Source of the DNA: Bacteroidia bacterium
GTDB taxonomy: Bacteria > Bacteroidota > Bacteroidia > UKL13-3
Reading direction: 5' to 3'
Assembly: GCA_051861545.1 (NCBI GenBank)
Contig: JBIMKP010000022.1
Coordinates: forward strand, 2,025-66,024
DNA: 64,000 nt
Made by a program: the position numbers and the translations under genes. The notes under the pieces are model-generated. The model saw nothing but the letters and a program-made list of their open reading frames with translations, did not search any database and had not been told where the DNA came from. Below, in pieces: positions 1 to 11,200 of this stretch. Within the stretch, counting starts at the first letter, position 1. Each line of letters opens with the position of its first letter.

Positions 1-152
1 TTTAATCAACATAGATTATGTAAATACCCTGAATTTCAAGATAAACAATGGAGATGTTTAATCTTCAAAGATTGGATTGTTGTTTATGCAACAAACCAAT
101 ATCAAATTGAAATAAAATTGATAATAAATGGATCTCTGCTAAATTATTAATT

Positions 153-608
153 TCACCCCAACTTCTTCTCAAAACAAATACTTTCTTTTACATCTTTATA
201 CTGACCATAATTAGGTATATTGGTATAATTACTTTTTTTATACAAGCCGACTGCTCTAACTTGTTTGTAGCCTGTTTCTAGAATGCAGGAACTAAAATTT
301 AATTCTCTTGCCCAATTTTCCAATTCAACTAAAATGGCTCCTGCAATGCCTTTTCCACGATAGTTTTCATCAACATACATTCGTTTGATTTCAGCAATTC
401 CATCTTCATATTGTTTGATGGCTCCGCAGCCTACAGCTTCATTGTTAACATAAGCAACTAATACATGTTGAATGGAATCTATCTTGTTAAACTGGGCAAA
501 AAATCCATGCTGCTCACCATCTAAAAATGCGAGAATCTTATCTAATTCTATTACCAGTTTTTGAAAGTCGGGATTGCTTGAGTTTGTTTTGATGATTTGG
601 ATATTCAT
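153..608 (-). CDS. GNAT family N-acetyltransferase
   Basis: 151 aa; acetyl-CoA binding motif region (RGKGIAGAILVELENWAREL) typical of GNAT fold. Confidence 0.8.
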   Translation of the reverse strand: MNIQIIKTNSSNPDFQKLVIELDKILAFLDGEQHGFFAQFNKIDSIQHVLVAYVNNEAVGCGAIKQYEDGIAEIKRMYVDENYRGKGIAGAILVELENWARELNFSSCILETGYKQVRAVGLYKKSNYTNIPNYGQYKDVKESICFEKKLG

Positions 609-871
609 AGGCTAGTATTAGCTTGGTTTTGTGTTTTTTTGAATAGGAAGATTAGCTTTGTAAAATAGATTTATAAATTAATAAAGGATTTTTAAAAACT
701 CAAATAAAGTACTTAAATTCAAAATTTAGTATAGAAACATAGATTATAATTATTTGGTGAAATCCAAAGAAAATAGGAATTCAAATTTAGAATATTTGTA
801 AAAACTATTTATTAATTAAAAAACTTAAGTTTATAATTTTGTAAACTTTTAATTATATTTGTTTTTGAAAA

Positions 872-1183
872 ATGATTGTAGAATTTGATGATGATGATTT
901 AGAAAAGCTTTATAAAACTCCATAGGAGCAAATCAAGGGTAAGCGAAAAATTCCTATTGAAGTAATTAAACAGTATAAAAAAAAGCTGGCAATCTTAATT
1001 GGAATCGAAACGATTGAAGATTTAAAGCCATTCAAAGGATTAAATTTTGAGTACTTGAAAGGTGATAGGAAAGGCCAATGTTCAATAAGGTTAAACGACC
1101 AATACAGATTGATTTTTGTTCCTAAAAAAGATGGAAGTATACAAGTTTTATTAATCAAAGAAATATCGAAACATTATGAATAA
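872..1183 (+). pseudogene. higB: HigB-like toxin (RelE/ParE superfamily) interrupted by in-frame TAG at 923..925
   Basis: Translation MIVEFDDDDLEKLYKTP*EQIKGKRKIP...LKGDRKGQCSIRLNDQYRLIFVPKKDGSIQVLLIKEISKHYE is continuous in one frame across the stop. The KGDRKGQxSIR(L/I)NDQ(Y/W)R(L/I)xF motif is characteristic of HigB killer proteins. The 3' end overlaps the higA start by 8 nt. Confidence 0.6.
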
Positions 1184-1532
1184 GAAAGAGAAGAAAATAG
1201 CTAATGATTTGATACCGGGAGATATCTTCCATCCAGGAGAGCATTTAAAAGATGAATTAGAAGCAAGAGAAATGAACCAGCAAGATTTGGCTGATCAACT
1301 ACACTTAAGTAAATCTGAAATTAGCCTAATCATCAATGGTCATAGAAATATTACACCCACCATTGCTGTTAAGCTGGAAGAGGCACTCGGTATCAATGCT
1401 GAATTCTGGATGAATATTCAAATTAAATATGATATTGATTTGGTCAAGAAAAAGTTTCAACAGAATCTTCAAAAATCTAAGATTTCTGCAGTGAAAAAGG
1501 AAAAATTGAAGAAAGTAATTTCTGTAGCTTAA
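1176..1532 (+). CDS. higA: HigA-type antitoxin, XRE-family HTH protein
   Basis: 118 aa; HTH segment NQQDLADQLHLSKSEISLIINGHRNITPTIAVKLEEALG is typical of HigA antidote proteins; translationally coupled to higB. Confidence 0.75.
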   Translation: MNKKEKKIANDLIPGDIFHPGEHLKDELEAREMNQQDLADQLHLSKSEISLIINGHRNITPTIAVKLEEALGINAEFWMNIQIKYDIDLVKKKFQQNLQKSKISAVKKEKLKKVISVA

Positions 1533-1697
1533 TCTTTTCAATGCAAAAGAAATTATAGAAAACGTGGACACAATTAACCGAAAATATACTGGTAACATTT
1601 ACTTCGTTAATAGGTCTGTTTATAGTAATATTGAAAGAGATATTAATAATTTCTAATAATCAAGTATTATCAGAAATTGTCCTTGTAGCTTACTTAT

Positions 1698-2387
1698 TTA
1701 TTTAACAGAATTGTATTCATTCCACAACTTCAACATTTCCTGAATTTCTTGCCATTCTTCTAAATAAGCGCCTGAAGGAATAAAGAACTTTTTATCAAAT
1801 TTTTTGAAATATTCTGAAGCCTTTTTACTTCCAGAAATTGTGGCATAAAACAATTCATAAGCCAAATCTATTTTATCTTCCGACATTTCACCCTTTGTAC
1901 TTTCATATTTTTTAATCACCAAATTTATACTTTCCTGATTGTACATTTTTAATTCAGGATTGATGATTAAATTGCGTTTTAATTCACCTTGTTTGAAATA
2001 GAATTTTTCAATAGTATAAATATTTGCTAAAACTTCACGATTACCTCCATTTGCCATTAGTTTAAATTCTCTAATAAATAAAGTGTCATTCTCTAATGTA
2101 ACCTTGCAATCTCTTAAAGCATCCCAAAATCCAAGTGAACTATCCATATCACATCTGTTCAAATAAAATTCACTGAATATATTAGGATTCCCTTCTCGAT
2201 ATCCACATATTGCTAATGATTTGCCATTTGAAAATGTATAGATGGAATCTGCTTTTACTTTTTTCGCATCATGAATAATACATTCACAATTTGTTGTTTG
2301 GGCATGTGATGTCAATACCCCAAAAAGTATTATTATGAACAAGATATATTTCTTCATTTGATTTTTAGTTTTAATTCTCATCTTCAA
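1698..2387 (-). CDS. hypothetical secreted protein
   Basis: ORF with N-terminal signal peptide (MKKYILFIIILFGVLTSHAQ); the real start is probably the internal Met near 2357. Confidence 0.5.
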   Translation of the reverse strand: MKMRIKTKNQMKKYILFIIILFGVLTSHAQTTNCECIIHDAKKVKADSIYTFSNGKSLAICGYREGNPNIFSEFYLNRCDMDSSLGFWDALRDCKVTLENDTLFIREFKLMANGGNREVLANIYTIEKFYFKQGELKRNLIINPELKMYNQESINLVIKKYESTKGEMSEDKIDLAYELFYATISGSKKASEYFKKFDKKFFIPSGAYLEEWQEIQEMLKLWNEYNSVK

Positions 2388-2904
2388 TTTTACTTTCCGA
2401 ATTTGATTTACTTTTACTATCGATGAAATCAGTTATTTCTTTACTTCTTGTCAAAATCAAATAAGCAATCACAACCTGAATTCCATTCACCAAAATATTT
2501 TCAGTAGATGGATCATTCAATAAGGTTTCTTTGCTTTGAACATAATAATACAATTCTCTACATAATTCAGGAAAACCAAGAATCACTTGTATGGCACCAA
2601 ATATAATCACACAAACATGTATCAATTGTTTTGAGTTCAATTCTAAATTGAGATTTTCTTGCTGATAACCTTTGTCAAGCTTGAGTTTTTCGATGATGAT
2701 ACCTGGATTAAATATCAAATACTTAATCAGTAAATAAAATGCAATTGCCGTTAATAAAACTACTGAAATTGCGAATATTGGTTTTTCAAATAAACTATTA
2801 GAATAGAGTATTAAAATTGATTGTGGTAATAATATAATCGTTTGTACCAAGAAATAGATGCCAATTACTTTTAATATAAATACCCAAAATGTATGCAGAC
2901 TCAT
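2371..2904 (-). CDS. hypothetical integral membrane protein
   Basis: 177 aa with 4-5 hydrophobic helices. Confidence 0.5.
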   Translation of the reverse strand: MSLHTFWVFILKVIGIYFLVQTIILLPQSILILYSNSLFEKPIFAISVVLLTAIAFYLLIKYLIFNPGIIIEKLKLDKGYQQENLNLELNSKQLIHVCVIIFGAIQVILGFPELCRELYYYVQSKETLLNDPSTENILVNGIQVVIAYLILTRSKEITDFIDSKSKSNSESKIEDEN

Positions 2905-3036
2905 ATGGTTTTATTTAGTTTTAGATACGTATTTCTTAATAGGAAATTTAGTTCTAGGATAATAATATATTAAGGTGCTTAAATCATAAAATGAACTAAA
3001 TACAATAAGTCAATATAGCAACATTAATTGATTTAT

Positions 3037-3717
3037 TTATGCAGTTAATATAACTATTCTTTTGAGAAATTTTCCATCTTTAATTATCCATAATACAGCA
3101 TACGAACCTGCTCCATCACTATTTTTAGCAATGATATACAAGCTATTTGTATCCTTGTCTTGATACATATTTGTCAATTTTAAATTTGGATTGAATAGTT
3201 GATTTGTTGGAAGATTGATATCAGTTTTTTCTCTACTCAACTTTAATGATTGATACTCCATTTTTGGCATTTCACCATCAGTTCCCCAAAATTTAGTAGC
3301 ATCTATTTTATCAATAAAATTATTCTTATAAGTGATTTGATGTTTTTTACTATCAAATGTTCCTGTTTTGATAGTCAATTTATAGGAGTCTAAAACCAAT
3401 TGATTTGAAGATTTACTTAATTCATTTCTTTTAGCTTTTTGAAAACTTTGAATTTGTGTTAAACCACTTTTGTGAATGAATCCATTTTTGTTTTTGGTTT
3501 CTAAATTATAAATAACCGGAATCCAATCTGTGGAAGATTCTTGTTCTAATTCATCTATCATCACAATACTACCATTGCTTAGTTTTTGTATGATGTTTTT
3601 TCCTAATTTGGCAGTTTCTCGAACATAAACATAGCCATCTTTTGATTGTATAATGGCAAATTGAGCATTTACATTTAAACATGTAAAAAGGAGTAAAGAA
3701 ATTATAAATTTTTTCAT
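3037..3717 (-). CDS. hypothetical secreted protein (SH3b-like N-terminal region)
   Basis: Signal peptide MKKFIISLLLFTCLNVNAQ; no recognisable catalytic motif. Confidence 0.5.
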   Translation of the reverse strand: MKKFIISLLLFTCLNVNAQFAIIQSKDGYVYVRETAKLGKNIIQKLSNGSIVMIDELEQESSTDWIPVIYNLETKNKNGFIHKSGLTQIQSFQKAKRNELSKSSNQLVLDSYKLTIKTGTFDSKKHQITYKNNFIDKIDATKFWGTDGEMPKMEYQSLKLSREKTDINLPTNQLFNPNLKLTNMYQDKDTNSLYIIAKNSDGAGSYAVLWIIKDGKFLKRIVILTA

Positions 3718-3907
3718 AGGAATTAAAACATAAATATAAAAACCTGAAGTAAATTTTCAAAATAAGATATTTTGAATCCAATTTATTTAGGACCCTTTAT
3801 TGACTTAAATCAACTTTCTCAAGGTTAAAAGTCATTAAAAAACCTGACTGCCGTCATTATTTGAACTTAGCCATGGTAATAGTTTTACCGAACCTAAAAT
3901 TAAATCT

Positions 3908-5068
3908 ATGCCATTATATAGACAAGTTGGAATTATACCTGAAAAACGTCATATTGTATTTCGTCAACCAAATGGTAATCTTTACCATGAAGAATTATTT
4001 GGTACAGAAGGCTTTGCTGGAATGTCATCTTTGGTTTACCATATCTATCCTCCAACAAGGGTTAAAGAAATGGGAAAACCTTATTCTGTTCGTCCAGAAG
4101 TTGCTATAGAAGATAACCTTCAAGCCAGAAGTTATATGGCGTATAAAGCACCTCAGGTTCCAGATTATTTGGAATCAAGAAAGACGCTTTTTATTAATGA
4201 TGATATGACAATTGGAGTTGCCGCTCCAACTGTTGGTACAAAAGATTATTTCTACAAAAATGCCGATGCCGATGAAATGATTTTCATTCACAAAGGTGAT
4301 GGTACTTTAAAAACCATGTATGGCAATATCGATTTTGCTTATGGTGATTATTTAATAATTCCTAGGGGAACTGTTTATCAATTCGAATTTAAATCAACTG
4401 ACAATAGATTGTTGATTGTTGAATCACATGGTCCTATTGAAACGCCTGCTAGGTATAGAAACAATTATGGTCAATATCTAGAACATTCTCCATTTTGTGA
4501 AAGAGATTTACGTGGTCCACAAAACATGGAAACACATGAAGAAGAGGGTGAGTTTTTAATTAAAATAAAAAAGCGCGGATTGATTTATCCTTATGTTTAT
4601 GAAAACCATCCTTTTGATTTAATAGGATGGGATGGATGCTCGTATCCTTATGCTTTTTCAATCTTTAATTTTGAGCCAATAACAGGTCGTATTCACATGC
4701 CTCCGCCAATTCATCAAACTTTCCAAGGTAGAAATTTTGTGATTTGTTCTTTCGTACCTAGGTTATATGATTACCATCCACAAGCCATTCCTGCTCCATA
4801 CCATCATAGCAATGTAGATAGCGACGAATTGTTGTATTATGTTGATGGTGATTTCATGAGTAGAAACAATATTCAAAAAGGTCAAATAACATTACATCCA
4901 GGTGGCATTCCACATGGTCCACACCCGGGTGCCATTGAAAGAAGTATTGGTAAAACTGTTACCAATGAATTGGCAGTAATGATAGACCCTTTTAATCCAG
5001 TTAAAATAACCAAAGAAGCTTTAGAACTTGAAGTAGAAGAATATTACCAAAGTTGGAAAAGTAATTAG
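3908..5068 (+). CDS. hmgA: homogentisate 1,2-dioxygenase
   Basis: 386 aa; N-terminus MPLYRQVGIIPEKRHIVF and overall cupin-type organisation match bacterial HGD. Confidence 0.85.
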   Translation: MPLYRQVGIIPEKRHIVFRQPNGNLYHEELFGTEGFAGMSSLVYHIYPPTRVKEMGKPYSVRPEVAIEDNLQARSYMAYKAPQVPDYLESRKTLFINDDMTIGVAAPTVGTKDYFYKNADADEMIFIHKGDGTLKTMYGNIDFAYGDYLIIPRGTVYQFEFKSTDNRLLIVESHGPIETPARYRNNYGQYLEHSPFCERDLRGPQNMETHEEEGEFLIKIKKRGLIYPYVYENHPFDLIGWDGCSYPYAFSIFNFEPITGRIHMPPPIHQTFQGRNFVICSFVPRLYDYHPQAIPAPYHHSNVDSDELLYYVDGDFMSRNNIQKGQITLHPGGIPHGPHPGAIERSIGKTVTNELAVMIDPFNPVKITKEALELEVEEYYQSWKSN

Positions 5069-5112
5069 AAACAAAAATTGTTCAATAAATAAATTAAACC
5101 ATTTCATTCATC

Positions 5113-6267
5113 ATGACTGATTTAACCCAAGTTCAAAATTTCAATTATTCGAGCACAGAAAAGATTTTTGATAAAGCTCAAGATTTTCTTCCAATTAATG
5201 GAACAGATTATGTGGAATTGTATGTAGGAAATGCGAAACAAGCAGCTCATTATTATAAAACTGCATTTGGTTTTAAAGATTTAGCTTATGCTGGTTTAGA
5301 AACGGGTCTTCGCGACCGTACTTCATATGTTTTACAACAAGGCAAAATTAGATTGGTGCTAACAACTCCTTTTGACCCTGAAAGTGAAATAGCCCAACAT
5401 CTTCGTATGCATGGTGATGGAGTAAAAGTAATAGCTCTTTGGGTTGATGATGCTTTTGATGCATTTGAACAAACTACAAAAAGAGGTGCTAAACCTTACA
5501 TGCAGCCAAAAGCTTTAAGTGATGAAAATGGAACAGTGAAAATGAGTGGCATTCACACTTACGGCGATACTGTTCATGTTTTTATTGAAAGAAAAAACTA
5601 CAATGGAATTTTCCTTCCAGGTTATGAAAAACTTGATACAGGATATGAACCTGGAACTTGTGGCTTGAAATACATCGACCATATGGTTGGAAATGTTGAA
5701 TTAGGTTCAATGAATAAATGGGCAGATTTTTATGGGAATACCATGGGCTTTGCCAATTTGGTTACTTTCGACGATAAAGATATTTCTACTGAGTACACTG
5801 CATTAATGAGCAAAGTAATGTCCAATGGAAATGGATATATCAAATTCCCAATTAATGAACCTGCAATTGGAAAAAAGAAATCTCAGGTAGAAGAATATTT
5901 AGATTTTTACAGAGGTCCGGGTTGCCAACATATTGCTGTAGCTACTGATGATATTGTGTTTACAATTTCTGAAATGCGTAAACGTGGTGTTGAGTTTTTA
6001 TATGTTCCAGGAACTTATTATGATACAGTAGGAGATAGAGTAGGAGTGATAGCAGAAGACATGGAGGAGTTGAAAAAATGGGGAATTATGGTTGATAGAG
6101 ATGAAGAAGGTTATTTACTTCAAATCTTCACCAAACCAGTAGAAGACAGACCAACCTTGTTTTTTGAAATCATTCAAAGAAAAGGAGCTAAATCATTCGG
6201 AAAAGGAAATTTCCAGGCATTGTTTGAATCTATCGAAGCTGAACAAGCAAGAAGAGGTACATTATAA
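5113..6267 (+). CDS. hppD: 4-hydroxyphenylpyruvate dioxygenase
   Basis: 384 aa; two VOC modules; conserved C-terminal FFEIIQRKGAKSFGKGNFQALFESIE. Confidence 0.9.
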   Translation: MTDLTQVQNFNYSSTEKIFDKAQDFLPINGTDYVELYVGNAKQAAHYYKTAFGFKDLAYAGLETGLRDRTSYVLQQGKIRLVLTTPFDPESEIAQHLRMHGDGVKVIALWVDDAFDAFEQTTKRGAKPYMQPKALSDENGTVKMSGIHTYGDTVHVFIERKNYNGIFLPGYEKLDTGYEPGTCGLKYIDHMVGNVELGSMNKWADFYGNTMGFANLVTFDDKDISTEYTALMSKVMSNGNGYIKFPINEPAIGKKKSQVEEYLDFYRGPGCQHIAVATDDIVFTISEMRKRGVEFLYVPGTYYDTVGDRVGVIAEDMEELKKWGIMVDRDEEGYLLQIFTKPVEDRPTLFFEIIQRKGAKSFGKGNFQALFESIEAEQARRGTL

Positions 6268-6286
6268 TTTAGAGTTTTTCGCAATA

Positions 6287-6325
6287 AAAGGGATTTTGTT
6301 TCGGCAGGATCCCTTATTTTGTTTT
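6287..6325 (+). terminator. probable intrinsic terminator after hppD
   Basis: AAGGGAT...ATCCCTT stem followed by TTATTTTGTTTT. Confidence 0.45.
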
Positions 6326-6398
6326 AATATTTTATCAATAAGATTAAAAAAATTACTTGGCTTTTAGTTTAGTTTTTTGTTTAATTGTTTAAGAAGAA

Positions 6399-6947
6399 AT
6401 GGAACAACTTAGCTACCAACATATCAAACTTAAACCACTAAACCTTCATGAGTTGAAGTGGCTACTACATGGAAGAGATTACCTTGAAAAGAAATTAAAT
6501 CTAAATGCTATTCCTTTTGATTTAAGCGCCGGACCAGAATTTATGGAAGAGTTTGATTTGGCCTTGAAAGAATATCTGATTCCGCAGGTTCAACAAAATG
6601 AAGCACAATTTGAGTGGTTTACGCATTGGCTCATTATTGATACAAATATTCATGTGGCTGTTGGTGGAATTGGAATCAACGGTCTTCCAGATGAAAATGG
6701 AGAAGTTATGTTGGGATATTTCGTAAATGTAAGGTTTGAAGGAAAATCGTATGCAACAACCGCAACCAAATTATTATGTGATTGGGCTTTTCAAAACTCA
6801 AATGTTAAAGCTGTGATAGCAGATACTTTGCATGATGGACTTGCTTCACAAGCTGTTTTGAAGAAATGTGGCTTTATCATGAAAAACAAAACAGAGGATG
6901 TAATTAGATGGGAACTTAAAAACCCTAGTGTAAATTCATCAAAGTAA
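6399..6947 (+). CDS. GNAT family N-acetyltransferase
   Basis: 182 aa; GNAT core (HVAVGGIGINGL...GKSYATTATKLLCDWAF). Confidence 0.7.
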   Translation: MEQLSYQHIKLKPLNLHELKWLLHGRDYLEKKLNLNAIPFDLSAGPEFMEEFDLALKEYLIPQVQQNEAQFEWFTHWLIIDTNIHVAVGGIGINGLPDENGEVMLGYFVNVRFEGKSYATTATKLLCDWAFQNSNVKAVIADTLHDGLASQAVLKKCGFIMKNKTEDVIRWELKNPSVNSSK

Positions 6948-7926
6948 TTAACAAAGCTCCAAGAAATATAATAGCAAACAGAATTAAGTTTACTAAAATT
7001 ATTCCAATCGCTTTTGAAATTGATTTGCCTGTACTTTCCTGAAACATATTAAAATGTGCTCTCAAAAAGTATAAGATTGTACAAATTCCTATTGCTCCAA
7101 TTAAATATGATCTTATTAAAAAATAGTTGTTTGTATCATGTCCTCCGCTAAACCAACCAACTATATTACCCAAAATTGTGTTTAAACATAAACTCAACAA
7201 TAAAAAGGAGAAAAAATGCAATGTAAATATGGCATGGTCGAAGTAAATATAGTTTTGCTTTCTATGAAATACTTGTATCACTAATGCAAATAATGGCAAG
7301 TATATAAAAAGTGATTTAGGAAAGTTTTTTCCAAAAGCACTTAAAAACATATCCCAAATTGTTTCAGGTGTATAATTTGCTAAATCAATTCCTTTTTTAT
7401 GTCCGATATATTCCAACCAAATCATTTCATCTTCTGTTCCTTCAAGAACTGTTCTTGCTGAATCCAATTGTTTATAATCCTTGTATTGGCTCGATAATAT
7501 CAATCCATAATCACTTATATACGACATTTCATTATTGGTAGCCTTTTTTATTGAATCTACCTCAGCCAAATAGTTTTTTCTATGACTTTTTTTGAGCTCA
7601 GGTTCTGTGTTTTCAGGTAATAAATGTGGCAATAAAAAGGTGAAAAAACTCACAAATATGTACAATCTAACAGGTGGTAAATAGGAGGTTCTTTTACCTT
7701 TTAAATATTCTATTGTTAAGTAAGCTGGTTTGAAAAACAAGTATTGTATTGTTTTCCAAAATTTTCCTTCATAGTGAGTTAAATCTTCTGCGAAATGGGC
7801 AAATAAGCCCAAAAAACTCATTCGGGTTTCTATATTTTCTTGCCCACAATGCCCACAAAATCTATCTTCAACTATGTTTCCACAGTTTAAACAAGTTTTA
7901 TCTTCTCTGGTTTGATGATGGCCCAT
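6925..7926 (-). CDS. DUF3667-like membrane protein with N-terminal zinc ribbon
   Basis: CLNCGNIVEDRFCGHCGQEN double CxxC motif followed by multiple TM helices. Confidence 0.6.
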   Translation of the reverse strand: MGHHQTREDKTCLNCGNIVEDRFCGHCGQENIETRMSFLGLFAHFAEDLTHYEGKFWKTIQYLFFKPAYLTIEYLKGKRTSYLPPVRLYIFVSFFTFLLPHLLPENTEPELKKSHRKNYLAEVDSIKKATNNEMSYISDYGLILSSQYKDYKQLDSARTVLEGTEDEMIWLEYIGHKKGIDLANYTPETIWDMFLSAFGKNFPKSLFIYLPLFALVIQVFHRKQNYIYFDHAIFTLHFFSFLLLSLCLNTILGNIVGWFSGGHDTNNYFLIRSYLIGAIGICTILYFLRAHFNMFQESTGKSISKAIGIILVNLILFAIIFLGALLITLMNLH

Positions 7927-8245
7927 ACCGCGATTTTTTCTTCGATTATACTAAATATTATTCATTTTGCCTGCCTTCATCAAAATAGATAAAAGAAGTT
8001 TTTGATTCAAATACTTATATTTTATTGGCTAGTGTTTTAGAATTTATAATTACTTAAAGATATGTTTAAACCAAATTAAAGATTAAGTGATTTTAAGGGA
8101 AAATCAATTCATATTTTAAATTCAGTTTTGTAAAAAAAATCATAAACAAACTATTAATTATTAGTAATTTAATATTCCTTTTTGAAAATTAACTTACTTT
8201 GAATAATTCATCAGAATTCATTGTTTAAAAAGCTATTTAAAATTA

Positions 8246-11200
8246 ATGATTTCTAATCTAATCAATTGTATGAAACATCTTAAGAATTTTGTATATCTAC
8301 TTTTCTTTTTATTAGCATTTAATCCTAGCAAAACAAACGCTCAGGGCTTAGTAAAAGGGTTTCCACAAGCCAATGGTCCAGTTTATGCAATGGCAAGTAG
8401 AAATGATACCGTATTTGTAGGTGGGAATTTTACAAGTTTATTTAATCCTGATAGCATTATTTCTTTTGGTGGTTTGGTTGATCCAAATACAGGAAAACCA
8501 TCATCAAACTGGGATCAGCCCAATGGAGCCGTTTATGCAAGCACTCCTGATAAAAAAGGTGGTTTCTTTATTGGTGGTGATTTCTCTAAAGTAGCAAGTT
8601 TGAATGCTGTAAGAATAGCACATATTGATAGTTCTGGCACTTTACAAAATACATTTTCTAATACTGGAATTAATGGTGTTGTAAAATCTATGGTTACTTT
8701 AGGTGATACTTTATTTGTTGGGGGACAATTTAATCTCGTTGGTAGTTTTTTGGAATCTGCCGGTGGACCAGTTTTGAAAAATTCAGCTTTGGTTAGTTCT
8801 AATTTCCCTTCTATAAATGGTTACGTTTTTTGTGCTATACCCGATGGTGTTGGAGGTTGGTATGTTACAGGTAGTTTTACAAAAGTTGGAAATATTACAA
8901 GAAATAGAGCAGCTAGAATTGATGCAAATGGAAATGTTTTAGCTTGGAATCCTAATTTAAATGGAATTTGTTATGCCATGGTTAGGTATCAGAATTCTGT
9001 TTTTTTAGGAGGTCAATTCACAAATGTGGGAACCCTAGTTAGATCTGGAATAGCTTCAGTTGATACTGCTACAGGAGCAGCAAGTACTTGGGCACCTGGA
9101 TCTCCTTCTACAGTTGTTCGCTCATTTAGCATTAGCAACAATATACTTTATTTAGCAGGAGCATTTGGTACAATGGCTTCTCAAACTCGTCAAAGTCTTG
9201 CTGCATTTAATTTACCTAGTTTAACTTTAACGTCTTTTAGTACAACAATGTCGTTAACAAATGGCCAAGCCACATTATTTAGTGTATTGGCCCTTGGTAA
9301 CAAGGTTTTTGTTGGAGGTAGATTTGATAATATTGGAGGAAGCTCTAGAACTTGTTTAGCTGCTTTAAACCCTAGTAATGGCTTGGTAATACCCAATTGG
9401 AGTGCTAATGCAAATGATGTAGTTGAACAAATTAAATTTTTGAATGGTTTTATTTATGTTGGAGGTTCATTTACAACTGTAAAAGGTTTAAGCAGAAATT
9501 ATGTTGCTGCTGCTGACACTTCAACTGGTGCATTAAATTCTTTGAATCCTAGTATCAATGGTTTTGTAACCTGTATAGAAATAGACCCATTGGATTCAAC
9601 GCTTTATATAAGTGGGAATTTTTCGAATTATTTTCATTCAATCAATTTGAAAAATTTCACATCAATGTCTTGGCCTCTAAGAACAAATGCCTATGCTAAT
9701 ACCATTTCTCTCTTTGGTTCAAGGTTATTTGTTGGTGGTTATTTTACAAGTCTTGGAGGTTTTGAACGAACAAATCTTGCTGCTTTTAATACAAAAACTG
9801 GAGCTTTGTTAAGTTGGAATCCTGGCACCAATGGTCGTGTTGAAGCCATGTGTAATGTAAAAGATTCATTTATTTGGATTGGGGGGTATTTTACCGAGGT
9901 AAGTTCAATAAGTAGGGGACGTTTGGCTTGTTTCGACAGATTTGGTTCATTAAATAATTATCTATTCAGTTTTGATAATTACGTTAAAGCAATATCCTTT
10001 AGTGGCGATTCTATTCTTTATGTTGGAGGAAATTTTTTTACTTGTAGTACTTTAAGCCCTTTTGTATCTAGCTCTGTAGTTGCACACAAAATTGCAGCCA
10101 TAAATTTTAGAACGGCTAGGATTCAACCTTTTTGGAATCCTTCTTCAAATAATGAAGTAAACAGTTTATTTGTTGATGGAAACATACTTTATGCAGGTGG
10201 AACATTTTCAGCAATTGGCGGACAACCAAGAGCACTTTTAGCTGCTATATCAAGAAGTACAGCTCTTGCTACAAGTTTTGATGCTGGTTTATCTTCATCG
10301 GGCTCTTCTGTAAATTCATTATTAAAATACAATAACGAAATTATTGTTGGAGGCGGTTTTACATATGAAATTAATGGAAGAATTGTCCGTAAAAATTTAG
10401 CATCATTTCAAGTATCAAATAGTGCTTTAACAAGTTTTGTAAACGATCCTGATTTATCTGTTTTTACACTTTCAATGCATCTAAATAAAATGTATTGTGG
10501 TGGTGAATTCAAAGTATTAGGAGGAAAAGCAAGATCTAATTTAGGTGCTTTTTTAAGTAGTAATGGTGCAATATTGGATTTTAATTTGGGAGCGTCTAAT
10601 GCTTCTGGAAGTCAAAGTGTATTTAACATTAGTTGGTTCGATAACAACTTATTTTTAGGAGGTACATTTACTAAAATTGGAGACTCTTCACGTCAGTATT
10701 TTGGGGTTATTGATATACAAAATCAAACAGTTTTGCCATTCTATCCTAGTCCTAATGGTATTATTTATTCTACATATGTACACCAAGGATATTTATATAT
10801 AGCAGGTCAATTTACCAATATTGGTGGGGCGGCAAGAAATCGTTTGGCAATCTTTAATTATCCTTCTTTTACTTCAACTACCATCAATCCTAATTTTAGT
10901 GGTTGGCCTTTAACATACTATCCAAGTTCTCCTAGTAAAATTTTAATAGGTGGAGGTTTTACTACAATAGCAAGTGTAAGTGCACCAAATTCTGCAGCAT
11001 TTCAGTTACCAAGTTTTACAAGAATTATTGGAACTCCAACAGTAAACTCTTCTGTTAATAAGTACCTACTTAACAAAAATCATCTTTATGTTGCTGGAGG
11101 ATTTACATTAATTAATGGATTGTCGAAGCCTTATTTTGCCCAACTTGATTCTTCAAGTTATTTACCTACTTCATTTTCACCTTCTATTAATGGAAGTGTT

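Noticed and set aside
923-925. In-frame TAG in higB as a recoded (Pyl/Sec-type) codon
   Set aside because: There is no downstream recoding element, and this low-GC Bacteroidetes context is not known for amber recoding. A pseudogene or sequencing error is more parsimonious.
910-1158. 82-aa minus-strand ORF from the six-frame track
   Set aside because: It lies antisense to a clear HigB-like coding frame on the plus strand and has no motif support. It is an artefact of the amber codon hiding the real gene from the ORF caller.
1326-1598. 90-aa ORF antisense to higA
   Set aside because: It overlaps the well-supported higA frame on the opposite strand. It has low-complexity composition and no start context.
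3569-4109. Small ORFs 3569..3781 (-) and 3861..4109 (+)
   Set aside because: They overlap the ends of better-supported genes (the secreted protein and hmgA) in alternative frames, with no motifs.
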